Positions 33,938 through 34,389 of a stretch of 34,389 nt of DNA are shown here, piece after piece. Below the pieces are notes generated by a model. It was not told the origin of the DNA. It did not search any database and worked only from the letters and a program-made list of their open reading frames with translations. Both the position numbers and the translations under genes were made by a program. How positions within the stretch are numbered: the stretch's first letter is position 1; each line of letters starts with the position of its first letter. Source of the DNA: Psammoneis japonica (lineage: Eukaryota); NCBI GenBank assembly GCA_008632985.1, contig QPGO01000389.1:1-34389 (forward strand), in the 5' to 3' direction.

Positions 33938-34389
33938 TTAAACCACGCGAAAGAAACTAGTGTATTCCACGCCCTGCCGCCTGAGGTAGTCGCAGGATTC
34001 GCGAGCATAAACAGCGTGATTCGGGAAGTCAGCAAATACCCCATCAACCCCAAGATTAAAGAACTCAGCAAACTCTTGGGTAGCATTGCCTCCATACACT
34101 TGGTGCAAGTGCTTCACATCGGATTTGAACGTGAAAGGATGAACAAATAGATTGTGACAGTGTGCTGCCTCAATCAAGGATGACTTTTGAGGTGGATTCA
34201 TCGGATCAGGAATAATGGAGCGCTTGTCCACACCAATGCCATCACAATGCTGAGCGACAGATTCCATAAAGGATGGAAGCATATCATCGTCCATATCTAG
34301 ATCTTCCTTTGTGAATAGCTTGACTGTTTTCCACTCTGGTTTTAACTTCCGAGTCATGATCAAACTGTCAAGCTCAAAACTCTGGATAA
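33938..34389 (-). CDS. Glycerophosphodiester phosphodiesterase (GDPD/GlpQ-like), 3' part; 5' end outside window
   Basis: Frame is open to the window edge: IQSFE..DGIG..LIEAAH..LFVHPFTF..LGVDGVFADFP, the C-terminal GDPD motifs; normal TpA content. Confidence 0.88.
   Translation of the reverse strand, partial: IQSFELDSLIMTRKLKPEWKTVKLFTKEDLDMDDDMLPSFMESVAQHCDGIGVDKRSIIPDPMNPPQKSSLIEAAHCHNLFVHPFTFKSDVKHLHQVYGGNATQEFAEFFNLGVDGVFADFPNHAVYARESCDYLRRQGVEYTSFFRVV

Noticed and set aside
33688..34150. ORFs 33688-34095 (-) and 33893-34150 (+)
   Set aside because: They overlap the GDPD frame and have no recognisable motifs; an extra 3' exon cannot be excluded without RNA data.

Overview
Eukaryotic DNA, probably diatom (inferred from CoDi-like Ty1/copia proteins; no database check possible). 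About 25 kb is a cluster of decayed, partly nested LTR retrotransposons, each bounded by LTR pairs and target-site duplications (TSDs). A1 (1200-8101, +) is a full-length copia. A2 (9366-12026, -) is a short pol-less relative with the same LTRs. B (13113-28490, -) is a copia with non-canonical AGTCG...CGACT ends. C (18221-25886, +) is a copia inserted inside B. Two host genes look intact: an Asp/Asn beta-hydroxylase-family dioxygenase (28541-29491, +) and the 3' part of a glycerophosphodiester phosphodiesterase (33938->34389, -). The most striking signal is repeat-restricted hypermutation of TpA to TpG or CpA (A>G on either strand). Conserved Tyr codons in all retroelements became Cys or His (YVDD>HVDD, LYGL>LHGL). 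Sister LTRs differ mainly at TA/TG/CA and CG sites, so the changes happened in genomic DNA after insertion. The host genes and a few hundred bp around them are spared. This looks like a RIP-like genome-defence process running opposite to fungal RIP. Each copia also carries a different accessory module: PDZ-like in A1, a hydrophobic membrane-like segment in B, and chromodomain-like in C.
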